Assembly (NCBI RefSeq): GCF_006345805.1
Contig: NC_043000.1
Location: forward strand, 59,582,001 to 59,646,000
DNA from: Octopus sinensis
Taxonomy: Eukaryota
Reading direction: 5' to 3'
Length of the DNA: 64,000 bases
Below are positions 37,496 through 51,129 of the stretch, in pieces. Under the pieces are notes generated by a model. It was not told the origin of the DNA, made no database searches, and saw only the letters and a program-made list of their open reading frames with translations. How positions within the stretch are numbered: the stretch's first letter is position 1; each line of letters begins with the position of its first letter. The translations under genes were made by a program, and so were the position numbers.

Positions 37496-38134
37496 CAAGA
37501 ATCCCTGCCCTCCCTTCCCCAACCAAAAACCTCACAAAAGAATAATTCAGTCAAATGCCAAAATTATTTTCATTCAATTAGATTTAGATAGGAGAAAAAA
37601 AGAGAGGGGGAGGATGAGAAAATAAGACAGAAAGAAGAGTGAGAGAGGGAGGAGAAGTAGAGAGAGGATTAAAAGTGGGAGATGTGAGAATAGAATGACA
37701 AATATTTCTGTGAATATTATGTTTCCATTTATCCAGAACTCAACATCATTGTAGATTTTAGATTAGTTTTCAAACAAATGCATCATAGTGGTAGCAGTGG
37801 TTGTAACAATACCATCCCCATTATTATTTTTGTTATCATTATTATTAATAGTAGTAGTACAGGTGCATATATTCAGAAGATGAGCTTTGTTGGGGAAAAA
37901 TACAAAGCAACAATGAATCAACCAACCAGACTAGTGACTACTGCACAACAATTGACTCACTAAGTTTAATTCCATCTTTCACAAATGGGAAAGAACAAAC
38001 AGTTGCTGGTTAGGTTCTCTGCTTATATTTTACTATCACACATATGCCATCACTCCCATCACATATTAGATAAAACCATTTTTCTTTTAGCAATGAAGGA
38101 TTCACACACACACACACACACATACATATGTGTG

Positions 38135-38355
38135 TGGCGAGCTGGCAGAATCGTTAGCATGCCGGGCAAAATGCTTAGCGGTGTTTCGTCTGCCGTTACA
38201 TTCTTAGTTGAAATTCCGTCGAGGTCAACTTTGCTTTTCATCCTTTCGGGGTCGATAAATTAAGCACCAGTTACGCACTGGGGTCGATGTAATCGACTTA
38301 ATCCCTTTGCCTGTCCTTGTTTGCCCCCTCTATGTTTAGCCCCTCGTGGGCAATA
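38135..38355 (+). mobile_element. Well-preserved abundant-family SINE
   Basis: ggcgagctggcagaatcgttagc...gaggtcaactttgcttttcatcctttcggggtcgataaattaagcaccagttacgcactggggtcgatgtaatcgac. Confidence 0.85.
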
Positions 38356-38732
38356 AAGAAATAAGAAGCTTGCTTCCCAGCTACATGGTTCCAAGTTCAG
38401 TCCCACTGTGTGGCACTTTGGGCAAGTATCTTCTTCACACTATTGTGAGTGGATTTGGTAGACAGAAACTGAAAGCCCATCACACACACATACATTTATG
38501 TGTGTGTGTCTTTGTGTCTGTGTTTGTTCTCCCACCATGACTTGACAACCAATGTTGGTGTGCTGATGTCCCCATAACTAAGTAGCAGTTCAGCAAAAGA
38601 TACCAAAAGAATAAGTACTAGGCTTACAAAGAATAAGTTCTGAAGTCAATTTGTTCAACTGAAACCCTTTAAGGTGGTGCTCCAGCATGGCCAAAGTCAA
38701 CTGACTGAAACTAGTAAAAGAATAAAAGAATA
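38356..38732 (+). mobile_element. CORE-like SINE lacking the extreme 5' end
   Basis: taagaagcttgcttccc...ggcactttgggcaagtatcttc...gtaaaagaataaaagaa. Confidence 0.8.
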
Positions 38733-38910
38733 TATCACTTAGTCATTCCAAAGCTAATAACCTGGTGTAGACCTCAATATACGCATGCTTCAAAACAGAG
38801 TGTTAGATGAGTATAGAGTGGTAATAAGAAAATGACCTGAACTTTTGAGTGCATGTGTATGTGTATATATACATATATTTCTACTATTAAATCTAATTGA
38901 GTTTTGGATA

Positions 38911-39480
38911 TATGAGGTCTGATCAATAAGTATCTGGACTGTTGCCATAATAATGGAGCTAAAGCCTCTTGGCACAAATTGACCTTGAACTCTGCTGTGC
39001 AAGCGCACTAAGTTTTAACGTTCTAGCTCACTTCCATTGTTTATAACAGTGCTTGGAAGGAAGGTGTGTAGCATGTGATCGTCATAATGACCCTGATAGA
39101 GAAAGTTGTCATGACAATACTTGCTCAGAGGCCTACACAAAGTTGCAGAAAGTGTATGGAGAGGAGTGTATGAGCTACACACAAGTGTACAAAGGATTGA
39201 GACATTTCCAAGATGGTTGAAAAATGTTGATATTGACAAACATTCTGGGAGACCCGCAACCAGCAGAATTGAGGAAAACATCATAGATGTGCATGCAGCT
39301 GTGAGGGGAAATCGTCAAATCACCATCCATGAGTTATCAGAGGATGTGCAGATTAGTTATGGTTCAGTTCAGTCCATTATCACTGAAGATTTGGGTATGA
39401 GACAAATGTCTGCTAAGTTTGTGCCAAAACTGCTTTTAGCTGACCAAAAAGACACTTGGGTTTCAGTTGCACAAGATCTC
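38911..39480 (+). mobile_element. Mariner element 5' half (TIR + N-terminal transposase)
   Basis: TIR-like tatgaggtctgatcaataagtatctggact. ORF 39121..39516 reads DKHSGRPATS...RQITIHELSEDVQISYGSVQSIITEDLGMRQMSAKFVPKLL (HTH region and WVPHEL equivalent). Confidence 0.85.
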
Positions 39481-40509
39481 AATATAATAACTTCTATAGA
39501 TATTTGCATTATGTAAAATATATCTTAATATACTTTACAACTCTTACATGTGATATCATTTGTACAAGTAGGCGTGTCTTGTAAGTGGTAGAAAGAAGGT
39601 CAAATGTAAATACTATAAAACATTCTGTGAATCAATATTATCTTTACACACAAGTATGGACTAGACCTCCCACATGACTACTACAGAGAATAGAAAGGCA
39701 GAAGGTTGAGGACAAAGCTCTGATTGACATTAGTTCATATGTTAAATTTCTGGCAGAGATAATGGATCATACTGACTTACTTCAACACAGTCATGCAGTG
39801 ATGATATAATATCATCATGAATATTGATGATACATTGGCACAAGGACTCAATATATTGGGAGAGACATAGTCAACTGGACTGATGCCAATTTATATCTGA
39901 TTATTGATTCTAAAGGAATAATGAAAAGTGAAGTTGTATATAGAGAGAAAAATAAGCTATTCCAAGCCTATCTGCTTGCCTGCCCTACACTTTTTTCAGA
40001 GAAGTGAAGAGACAAGCTATTTACTTACTATCTCATGAGTCAGTTTCTTGATTTTTCATGATTGGTAAACTCAACAATGCATTTCAGTCTTATTGATTTC
40101 CACATAAAGCTAAAAGGACCAAGCTGTTCCTACAAAAGCTGAAATCAGTACTGCAAGTCAATAAAGTGCAGCGTCCATAGTACATATTTATAGCTAAATG
40201 GATTGGCCCATTAACTGTTAAGCATTTTGGCCTTGGACACAGAGCCATGACATTGACAGAATACAAACTGATGACTTCTCAATTGCCAAATAATATCTAA
40301 CAAGTGATTTTGTTTTCACTTCATTATGCTATCTAAATATTGTTATTCAATGTAACTTGTGCTGCTCTTAGAATTTTTTTCTATGAGTCTTTGCTTTTTA
40401 GAAGCTTATAGTTAATGACTTTTATATATAAATATTGATTTCTTTTATTTAAGTAAAAGGTTAATATTTATTTTTTAGTATGGAAGCTGGTTGATTGAAT
40501 TAAACCAAA

Positions 40510-41940
40510 GTTGTTGGATCAGGTAATGAAAGTCATGGAGAGGGTCATAGTCCAACAAATTAGGGAGTATGGAAGCAAGGTTTAGAATCAAAGGGCCTTA
40601 GAGTCAATCTAGCAAAAACCAGTCTTAATACATAGGAAGGCAGGCAAATCACAAATCCCTTCAGGTAGATGGCCCTACTTGATTTGTAGAAAAGGTGTAG
40701 GTAGAAACTCCATAAGATGTACCCAGTGTAAGCTATGGACACATAAAGGGGTGCAGCAATATCAAAGGAAAGCAAACTGGGAAGATAGTTTTTGTGTGTG
40801 GAAAATGCTCAGGGGCAGTAAACACTGAAAATGTGCAGAAAACAAATTTTGCCACATGTCAGGGGGAAAAACTAGAAGTAGTTGATAGCTTCCGTTACCT
40901 AGGTGACCAAGTCAGTAGCAGGGATGGATGCTCTGAGAGTGTGTAGCTGCTAGAATAAGGATAGCCTGGGCAAAGTTCAGAGAGCTCCTACCTCCACTGG
41001 TGACAAATAGCCTCTCACTCAGAGTAAAAGGTAGACTGTATGACGCATGTGTGCGGACAGCCATGCTACATGGCAGTGAAACATGGGCCATGACTGCTGA
41101 GGATATGCGTAAGCTTGCAAGAAATGAAGCTAGCATGTTTCGCTGGATGTATAATGTCAGTGTGTATACACAACAGACTGTAAGCGCCCTGAGAGAAAAG
41201 TTGGACATAAGAAGCATCAGATGTGGTATGCAAGAGAGACAACTGCATTGGTATGGTCATGTGTTGTGTATGGATAAGGACAGCTGTGTGAAAAAGTGTC
41301 ACATCCTAGCAGAAGAGGGAACTTGTGAAAGAGGTAGACTCAGGAAGACCTGGGATGAGGTGGTGAAGCATGACCTTCGAATGTTGGGCCTCACGGAGGT
41401 GATGACAAGTGACAAAGACCCTTGGAGATATGCTGTGCTTGAGAAGACCCGGCAAGTCAAGTGAGACTGTAACCATGGCCTATGCCAGTGCAGCATAACC
41501 AGCCCATTTAAGAGTACCCTTCAATCATTGGGCAATAAACTGTGCTTACGAAGACCTGTTGAGTCAAGTGAAGTCATTGTTATGGCTGATGCTAGTACTG
41601 CCTGACTGGCACCCATGCCAGTGACACATAAAAAGCACCATTCAAACATGGTCGATGCCAGTGCCGCCTGATTGGTCCTGTGCCGATGGCATGTAAAAAG
41701 CACCATTTAAATGTGGCTGATGCCAGTACCACCTGACTGGCCCTCATACCGGTGGCACAAAAAAGCACCCACTACACTCTCTGAGTGGTTGGCATAAGGA
41801 AGGGCATCCAGCTGTAGAAACTTTGCCAGATCAGATTGGAGCCTGGTACAGCCTTCTGGTTTGCCAGTCCTCAGTCAAACTGTCCAACCCATGCCAACAT
41901 GGAAAGTGGATGTTAAATGATAATGATGATGATGATGATT
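40510..41940 (+). mobile_element. RTE-clade LINE copy with about 450 bp of the RT core deleted
   Basis: Colinear with 16660-18668 but jumps from ...gagagggtcatagtccaacaaattaggga to gtatggaagcaagg (equivalent of about 16710 to 17165). ORF 41000..41464 is the RTE C-terminus. (GAT)n tail. Confidence 0.9.
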
Positions 41941-42871
41941 ACTTATTTTTTAACCCCCACAACAGTGTCTATTTGTATAGTTTGTATATACAAATATTAA
42001 AGTTTGCTTATAATATATATCAGTCTGTGTTTATGTATTACAGAAAGCTGACATAAATGAATTATGATATTTATACTCTTATTTTGTTTTCTTATTGCTG
42101 TTCTACAAATTACTTCATGCTTGTTTTACTAGGTTGGTTTATTTGGGGCAAATTAAATATATATGACAGTTAGATGCTATTCCAACTACTACCAACCCGT
42201 TTTTTCTTTACTCTCAGACAAACTAATGTAGGTAAGACAGGTGCCTTGCTGAGGTACACAATCCTAAGTCAATAATAAATCAATGACAGCAGTAAGATTT
42301 GAACTAAAGACGAGGTATTCAGCAATCCACATTAAATGTATTAAAAAAAAAGACTTGCACAATATTCTGACTTCCCTCCTCACAAAAATATCATGGGGAG
42401 GGATTGATGAATTATGTAGTTCTATGTGATAATGAAGCGTTATTTTTTTCAGCTACCAATGTAAATGTAAAAACACATTCTATTAACAGGTATTATATCT
42501 AACTTTTCAGAAAGCTAGTTATAATTTATAAAAAAATTAAATTAAATGTTACAAACACTGAGTCAAAGATCAAACTGAAATCATACATCAAGTTAATTTT
42601 GTTTCAAAATGAGTTTTCTAGCAAGTTTACTTTTTACATGGCCAATTCTATTTTACATTCTAAGTACTAACGTGAGAAGAATAACAGCCTCATTGATGGC
42701 TATCTCACTACATATCTTCTGCTTCCAGGGTGACTGTGCTGCAGATTACACTTTATAGAGTATACCTGCTCTCCAACTTTTTAAATAAGTTACTAAAAAT
42801 TACTTAAGCTACTTTAATTTGATTATCTTGAAATAGCTAATGCCAATAAAATAGGCTAATCTATTAATGTC

Positions 42872-43581
42872 CACCCAGGAAGACATGGGATGAGGTAGTC
42901 AAGCATGACCTCAGAGCGTTGGGCCTCACAGAGGCAATGGCGAAGGACTGAGATCTCTGGAGATATGCTGTGACTGCAAAGACCTGGGCTACTTCCTGCA
43001 CCAGTTCTGCATAGCCCCTGCCCATTCAAAGTACCTTGGATTCCAGAACATCCCGCTGTGCTTGAGGAGACCTATTGAGTCAAGTACATGAACATCGAAA
43101 TAAATATCAATGGAAATAGCAGTTGTGATACCTGTGCCGGTGGCACATAAAAAGCACCATCCGAACATGACCGATGCCAGCGCTGCCTCGACTGGCTTCT
43201 GTGCCAGTGGCACATAAAAAGCACCATCCGAACATGACCGATGCCAGCGCTGCCTCGACTGGCTTCTGTGCCAGTGGCACATAAAAAGCACCATCCGAAC
43301 GTGGCCGATGCCAGCGCCGCCTTGACTGGCTTCCGTGCCGGTGGCTCGTTAAAGGCACCAACCGATTGTGGCCGTGGCCAGATTCCTCTGGCACCTGTGC
43401 CGGTGGCACGTAAAAAGCACCCACTACACTCGCAGAGTGGTTGGCGTTAGGAAGGGCATCCAGCTGTAGAAACACTGCCAGATCAGACTGGAGCCTGGTG
43501 CAGCCCCTGGCTTCCCAGACCCCGGTCGAACTGACCAACCCGTGCTAGCGCGGAAAACGGACGTTAAACGATGATGATGAT
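42872..43581 (+). mobile_element. RTE-clade LINE 3' fragment containing a 67-bp tandem array
   Basis: RPRKTWDEVVKHDLR-like start. Units start at 43134, 43201 and 43268, followed by degenerate copies. (GAT)n tail. Confidence 0.9.
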
Positions 43582-44648
43582 AGCAAGGTGCCCCACCCTG
43601 TTTCAATGTTTGCAAAGGAAAATGAATTAAGGTTTGATGAGTTAACTAAGATTCTAATGTCAATGACACTGGATATTATAAATACCAATTTGGGATAGAA
43701 TTGTGTCTCAAATAAAATGTCATATAATTTTCCTTAAAATTGTAGCAGTTATTTCATAATAGCCAAATCTACATCAACAAACATTATGGCATCTCTAAAA
43801 TAAAGCATATATTTCAAGAATTGTAAGAAAGAATGAATGAATATAGCTAGGTAACTAATCAAATGATGAAGTACCAACCAAATTCCAAAACTGGATTCTT
43901 AAGGTGTTGGTGCAGAGAGATAGATTACAAGTTAATCACATTATTTATATCTAGTTAAGTGCACTACTGCTTTGTGTTCAAAATCGCTCAAGTGATTCCA
44001 GCAATAAAATACTTATCAGTGATATACAATGTGTAATTGGGGCATTTGGTTGATAATCTGTTTCCCTAATTTGTTCATACTGCCATTTTCAGTAACTCAT
44101 ACAGTCATTTTCCTGTCACTGACCTATTCTAATTTCATCATCACAAAATTACTGTCAAAGACTCTATCAAATAGACAAACCTTGTTATCAGTTACACTGA
44201 GGAACAAAACTAAACACCAAACCATTTGAAAATACTATTATTGATTATATTCAGAATATAAATGATTTTAAGTACCATAAAACTCCATGTAAAATATGCA
44301 CACTTTCACCAAAATCAAGAATTAAAATTAGGGGTGCATATATGGTATTAAGCTGTTAAGTTTTTCTCAACTCACTTTTATTAAGGAAAATCACAATAAT
44401 ATTATAAAGTTGTATTTTTGGGATGATTTAAAAACAATTTATATATCAATATATTTTATATGAAATGAAATATTAATTCTTCATTATTTTGAAAATTAAT
44501 TAAAATGAAAGCAATGTATTTCAACAGAAATATGGTAACAAGAGGGTTAAGAGAATTAAATGTGGGGTTACAAAATCTGCCATGAGTTGAAAGTCTTAGT
44601 TTATAATGTAGACAAAAAGTACAAGTATGAAATATCTACTGACAATAC

Positions 44649-44680
44649 CAGTTCTTCAGGTTTGTGCAGTACATACTTAA
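44649..44680 (-). CDS. Possible 32-nt exon (phase 1-0): KYVLHKPEEL
   Basis: Acceptor gttcttcatcag| and donor CTG|gtattg. Would bridge the phase-1 upstream exons to the phase-0 exon at 31801. Confidence 0.2.
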
Positions 44681-45886
44681 CTGATGAAGAACATTTTAAT
44701 TACTAACTGGACAAGAAAATGCCCTTGTCAGTGTGAGAGTTGCTTCCCATCTCACTAACATGTCTTTAATATAATTTTCATTTAATGAATATATTGTGGT
44801 CAAATTAAGTATATAGGTTGGAAGCTAATGGTATCAAATACTATTTGTAAATAAGTTAATTGTAGAGTTGTTATTCGACAGCACATATATTTACATATCA
44901 TGCTCTTGTTGGTGCCAGGTCAGGGCCTAATTGAATAGATATTTGATCCAAGGTATTCCAGTCATGACTAGCTCATCTTTTATGTTCAAAATGTCCTTTC
45001 TGCTTTATTTATTATTTATTTTTTATTTGTTTAAAGAAAGGGGACTGAATGTTTTACTGTATCTATTCTGGTTCTTTGCATTCTAAGTTCAAATCTTACC
45101 ATGGCTTACTAGAATGATAGATTTAATCTGTCACCTAATTTAAAACCACCACTTGAGATCTTGAATGTCATCGGTGGAGTTCATTTTGTTGTATGTATTT
45201 GAACCAGGGTTCCTCCCATTAATCTCAGAGGCTTTGTAAAAGGTTACTTTTCTAACTAAAAAAAAATAAATAAATGCTGCTGGTTGAGCACATTTTGAAT
45301 ACGAAAGAAGGAAACAGGAACATTAGGCTGTAACAATTAATAGTAATAGTTTCTCCAACAAGAACAAAATCAGACATATAAATAGTGAGCAAATTGAAGT
45401 AGGAAACAGTTAAGCAGTGAAAAACACAGATATATTAATGCCATGATTGAAAAATTGAAGTTAAACTAATAAGGAAAAGAATTTATATGAGGATGTTTAT
45501 AAAGAGAATGATTAATTATGAAAATAATGACTTGAAAACACTATTTCATGAATCATTTAAGCCATTTTGTGACCAAATTTCTGACAAAAAATATACTGCT
45601 TCTGTATTTTATTTTAAAAAATAACCAAGAATTATAGGGGTTTTTAGTGTAAAAATTTTGAAGAACCTTAAACTTAATAGGAAATGAATGTTTACTGAGT
45701 GAAATCTAATATTATCATTCATGTAATAACAGGATTTGAATCATTTTGATAGAGATGATCTTTGGTGGCTTGATGCGGAAAGGATTAAACAAACTTCTCA
45801 AATTATCTCCTTTTTGTAGTTTTATGTTATATTTAAGTGGCTAAGAACTGTATGAGGAACAGAGTTTCAGAAGCGATGTTTCTTAC

Positions 45887-45970
45887 TCATGGGGTAGGAA
45901 AATGTTATAGAAGGGCGGGGGTGGTTGTAAATTTTTCTTCCAAATGGAAATTTTTTCAGAATCGTAATTA
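45887..45970 (-). CDS. Possible coding exon (84 nt, frame-symmetric); phase 1 reads ITILKKFPFGRKIYNHPRPSITFSYPM
   Basis: Acceptor tatttctatgtttcatataacag| and donor TGA|gtaaga. Two frames are open, so the frame is ambiguous. Confidence 0.35.
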
Positions 45971-46379
45971 CTGTTATATGAAACATAGAAATACTAAATA
46001 ATAAAGTTAAAAAAAAAAAGAAACCTCTTTTTTTTCCTTCTTCATAAAGTATGAGATAGCCATTCCAAAACTCCACCTCTCTATGTATGTATCTTTATGG
46101 TATGCATTCCAACACACAAGCACATACATGCATGCACACAACTCACAGAAGTAGTTTATAAGAAGAAAAAAAAACTACAAGTTTGTTTACACAGTTGTTT
46201 TTTCAATGATTTCTGAAGGTGCTCCATTCCAGAGTTGTTATGATAGTATTTGATATGAAGTAAGTTTACATAATAAAATAAATATAAAAATAAAAATGGC
46301 CTCCAATTATACAAGCATTTAACTCAGACAGCAGATACTCACTTAAATGATGATGATAATAATAATAATAATAATAATA

Positions 46380-47300
46380 ATCATCTTTTCTACTAAGGGC
46401 ACAAGGCCTGACATTTTGGGGGAGGGGACTAGTTTTTTACGTTGACCCCCAATATTTCACTGGTACTTAATTTATCAACTCCAAAAGGATGAAAGACAAA
46501 GTCGGTCTTACAGAATTTTGAAAGAAGAAGAAAAACTGAACAACAACAACAACAACAATTTGAAGTAGGAAATATGAAGGTTATGAAATATGAAATATGT
46601 GGTCAATGAAGAGAGAATATGTGATACGAATAGTAATTTGCGCACTTGGAAGTATCAGCACTCAATTACCAATATGGCTCAAAAAGATTGGTACAAATGA
46701 AAAGATAGAACACCTACAAAAATCAGCACTGCTTAAGACTGCAAGAATTCTTTACAGGGTTCTTGAAGCATGACCAGTAAACAAGTGTCACCTTAGTCTG
46801 TTGGCTGTGGACTACAGACACTTTCCATCATATACAGCAAAATAAGCTGAGAGTTTTCACCAAATAATAATAGTTTCAAATGTTGGCACAATTTTAAGGG
46901 ATGGGGATCATCAATACCATCAGCTCCAGTACTTGACTGATACTTTATTTTCTCCACCCTGAAAGGATGAAAGCTGACTGTGCTGAGATTTGAAGTTGGA
47001 ACATAAAAGAGCTGGAACAAAATTTGCAAGGCATTTTTCCTCAATGCTCTCATGACTCAGCCAATCCACCAGCAAGATAATCTTTTCTACTCTAGGTATA
47101 AGGCCTGGAATTTTTGGGAAGGGGGTCAGTCAATTAGATTGACCCCAGTACACAACTGGTACTTAATTTATCGACCCCCAAAAGGATGAAAGGCAAAGTT
47201 GACCTTGGTGGAATTTGAACTCAGAACGTAAAGACAGATGAAATACTGCTAAGCCTTTCACCCAGCATGCTAATGTTTCTGCCAGCTCACTGCCTTCCAC
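46380..47300 (-). mobile_element. Three abundant-family SINEs (46380-46520, 46865-47080, 47085-47300) around the R4 fragment
   Basis: Reverse-complement family core at each site. Confidence 0.7.
46600..46865 (+). mobile_element. R4/Dong-like LINE extreme 3' fragment
   Basis: Reads VICALGSI...IEHLQKSALLKTARILYRVLEA*, then a short UTR and aataataat. Confidence 0.65.
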
Positions 47301-49974
47301 TAGCAATATAATAATAAGCTGATGATGATGATGATGATGATGACAACTCAAATTAATCAGGACAGAATTGATAAATGTAGCATAACATGTTTTGGGGGCT
47401 AAAATCTCCAACAGAAATTACCACAGAAATGGACTAACTTATCACTATTTGTTAACTAGAAATTTTTTATTTAAGTTTATAATAATGTCAGTCATGCAAA
47501 GATTGCAGGAAGAGAAATAAAATATTTACATGAATCAATTTCATTTTTTGTGCATTCATTATTATTCTGGAATACAACAAAAACTACAGTTATTCAAAAG
47601 TATCATTTGCCTAAAGAAAGACGGTTAGGCTTAAATTCCTTTGAATCCTAGTTAAGAGTGCATACAATAAGCAACTTTTAGAGTCTGTGTTAATTTCTAG
47701 TACAATACTACAAGGTAATTAATGGACAAAAAAACAACAAACATCTTTAATCTCACTCTCCACAACACACACACACTTACACAGGAGAGAAAAAGAGTGA
47801 AAATCAGAGGCTGTCTATGTATAGCAAGAGTTAGAAGTAACCATATCTTATCTGACAAAAATAATTATGCAAGACAGAAGAAAATTAACATAATTAGTTA
47901 TAAACTAATTTTGCGCATGTATGCATGTGTGCACATTTTAATTTACAATAAAACTTTCTGCAACAGCCTTATGTTTACAGATGTAAATGCTAAGTGCTCT
48001 CTGCAAATCTTCACTCAGCATTAGGAATAAAATATATTACTACTTTTGAACATTTTTGTCATTATCAATAAATAGAGCAAGTAATTTGAATAAATCAATT
48101 AATTTGATCTTGAAGAGATTTATGAAGTTTTTTTCTTGTTCATTAAAACAAAAAATTCAAAACACCTTAATGAATTTATTTAATTTTTTTTCCTTTTAAA
48201 TATGCTTTGTGAATAATTAAAGACTGTTAATCACATCCCAAACAAACAGCTTGCAGTTCTCTTGGGTTAATTTCATGATCTCAGTTTATGTGTTTTAACA
48301 GGATATTCAAATTATATTCAGTTTTACAAAATTCATGGTCACAATTGAAGGAAAATGACATTTTCCCCAACAGAATTAGAAATGGATTTTGTATGTTAAA
48401 CATTTTAAAAAGGCAAGAATTTATAATCAATAAGAGTAAAATCACACAGAATTAGCAAAATGGTTTCAATTCTTGATGGTTGATAGTCATACTCTTCTTA
48501 TCATTTACACTAACAATGGCTTTATAAAGATATGTATCTTGACTGCTTCTATAAAACTGGACATGTTACCAATATAAAGAAATCCATAGCTATTGAGTTA
48601 AGAGAACCTCAAAAGGGTTGTTTGATTTGCTAAATAGAGCAACCAAATTTCCTGAAACCATACCCTTCTATTTTCAAAATAGGAAAAACATATTGGGCAC
48701 TACAGATCTACTCAACGAAGCCTAATCTGAGGGCTAAATGACAACAACAATAATTAATTGTTATAATGCTCCAAACCAAACCAATGTTTCTATTTATTAA
48801 TAGAGGTAGCTAAAAGAAAGGGCATCAGATGATTTACTGAGTGCCTCGTGAAAATCCTTGAATCCACCCTGGCAAAGAAAAGTGAATACAGAATATTAAT
48901 GTTCATGACTACTTAAGTTGGTGTTTAATGCTGTAAGAATTAAAAATCTAACTAGAAATAATTATACAGTGAGAATAAAAAAAAAATTAGTAGATGGGAG
49001 ACAACTCCTCACATATTTCAATCTTACTCCAACATTGACAGTAAAGAATAGTCTTCGATGTAGTGGTTGAAGTGATGATGAAAGAATTACTAAGTAAATA
49101 TACAAGATTATACATTGACTGGTGTAGGAGGCTGAACTAACATAAGTTGATTCAGTACCTTTAGCAGATATACAATATAATGTAGTAAGATCTATTTATT
49201 GTAAAATAGATAATAGCATTATCATTCTTACGAAGTAAGAGCGAAAGAACAGCCCATTCTAAAAAATCATTAACTGAAACTTTTTACTGAGCAGTTATTT
49301 GAATAATCAATAAATTATGTAAATGCTTGTTTATGAATTGAACATTCTATGCTACTTGTACTACACCCGTACACCTACGCACACAGACTGGCACATGATA
49401 AAAATCTAACTATAGATTCTTAAATTTCAAACCATTCCTGCAGTGTGGTAGACTGCTTCATCAATTTTCCAAGTGTGTGTGAATATAAGCATGTGTGTTT
49501 GTGATTGCTACTTTAATTTTTCAAGTATGTGTCTATGCATGCACACACACATACACATATTCACACACAGATATAATATCACAAACACACATATAAGCAA
49601 TGATGATTTACCTTTATGCATTCTTTTTAGTTAACAAGAACAAATAAATTCTGCTATTGAATGCTCTTTCTTTCATTTGTACATCTACGCACACACACAC
49701 ACACACAATGCGCACACACATGCACACACACATACATACACATGTCACTGGGATATTTATTTTCATTGTACCTATTCTTTTATTGTTGTTTGCTTTATAT
49801 TTCTATGGTTTTTCAGCGATATGTTTTGCTTGTGTGATTTCATGTATTATTTGTTTGTCTCTTATTAGCTTCATAATCTTATTAGTTTCATTTGTATGAT
49901 ATTTTTTTATCCACACACACACACATACACTTCACAAGCAGCATTGCAAATGTTGTAATATTATGAAGTCAAAT

Positions 49975-50200
49975 AAGACAGCAATCCGGTAGAATTAGGT
50001 AGCATGCTGAGCAAAATGCTAAACGGCATTTTGTCAGTCTTTACATTCTGAATTCAAATTGCACTGAGGGTTGACTTTACTTTTCACCCTTTTAGGGTCG
50101 ATAAAATAGGTACCAGTTGAGTACTGGGGTGAATGTAATTGACTACCCTCCTCCCCCTAAATTGCTGGCCTTATGGCAAAATTTGAAATCAATATTATAA
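49975..50200 (+). mobile_element. Abundant-family SINE
   Basis: gttgactttacttttcacccttttagggtcgataaaataggtaccagttg. Confidence 0.75.
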
Positions 50201-50590
50201 AGTCAAATATACTGAATACATTTTGGAGACAACTTCAGTTTGATTGCCTTCTTCTGATTGCTATCTAGTATGAAACTTGGAGAAATGGAAAAGCAGTCAA
50301 CTTTAAAAAAATAATGTTATTGTATACACACACACACATACACACACACAAACAAAATAGTTTAATGCCAACAGCTGCTAGCAGCTCTCATTAATGGCAG
50401 TGACATTTATCTAACTTCTAACTACGAGTGGTGCTGTCAGTGATTACAGATGAAAAAAATAAAAAATAAAAAGAAGTCTATGCACATAAAGGAAAAGAGA
50501 ATTGAATGTAATAATTTTTATTTGATTTTGTTGAAGACTTTTCTAGATATTGCCAACAGCTTCGGATTTGAATGGGTTCAATAAACCTAC

Positions 50591-50674
50591 AGACAAAGCA
50601 GCCTCCACCTCCAACATCACTTGAAATAGTTCTTGAGGTATCAAACTTTATTGATTGATCTGTGATTTTAATTC
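50591..50674 (-). CDS. Probable upstream coding exon (84 nt, phase 1-1): G-IKITDQSIKFDTSRTISSDVGGGGCFV
   Basis: Acceptor tctctatcatcttgcctgcag|GA and donor TCT|gtaggt. Only the phase-1 reading is open. Non-repetitive sequence within ORF 50478..50684. Confidence 0.6.
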
Positions 50675-51041
50675 CTGCAGGCAAGATGATAGAGACTAGG
50701 AAAAAAAAGTGTAACAGTGCAAAGAAATTGGAAACTATACAACTACAAGTTGTACATGAAAAGCAGTTATTGCATGAAGAGAGATGTTAAGGAAGAAGCT
50801 ATGCAAACAGGTACATATGTACGTTAAAGTTAGGATGAAGACTTAAACCTAATTGTCTATTTAGAAGAAATACAGATAGCACCAAAATAATTTTCTGCTT
50901 AGTATATATTTGTGTCCTAAAATAACAATATAAATAATATGCGGATAAATCTTATTCTTTTCTCTTTTAGTAGTTAATTATAGATTAATTACAACAATAG
51001 GATTAATTGATGAAATAAATGACAGATTTGATCACATGGTA

Positions 51042-51125
<84 letters not shown>
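51042..51125. repeat. (TAC)n(TAA)n trinucleotide microsatellite
   Basis: Directly visible. Confidence 0.95.
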
Positions 51126-51126
<1 letters not shown>

Positions 51127-51129
51127 TGT

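Noticed and set aside
43134-43400. Regularly spaced repeats that could be mistaken for CRISPR
   Set aside because: Head-to-tail units without unique spacers, inside a eukaryotic LINE 3' UTR, with no cas genes.
45140-45255. Strong acceptor followed by RKVTFYKASEINGRNPG...
   Set aside because: The frame hits a stop before any good donor, and the apparent donor at about 45100 belongs to a SINE remnant.
45887-45970. ILKKFPFG plus downstream PEELVYQW reminiscent of Cys-loop receptor motifs (FPFD, LVYEW)
   Set aside because: No Cys-loop cysteines, no transmembrane segments in the downstream exons, and the similarity depends on tentative exons.
49028-49089. 62-nt exon-like segment ILSSSLQPLHRRLFFTVNVG (phase 1-0) with a good donor
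   Set aside because: Competes with the 45887/44649 chain and I have no independent support for either. Needs RNA-seq.
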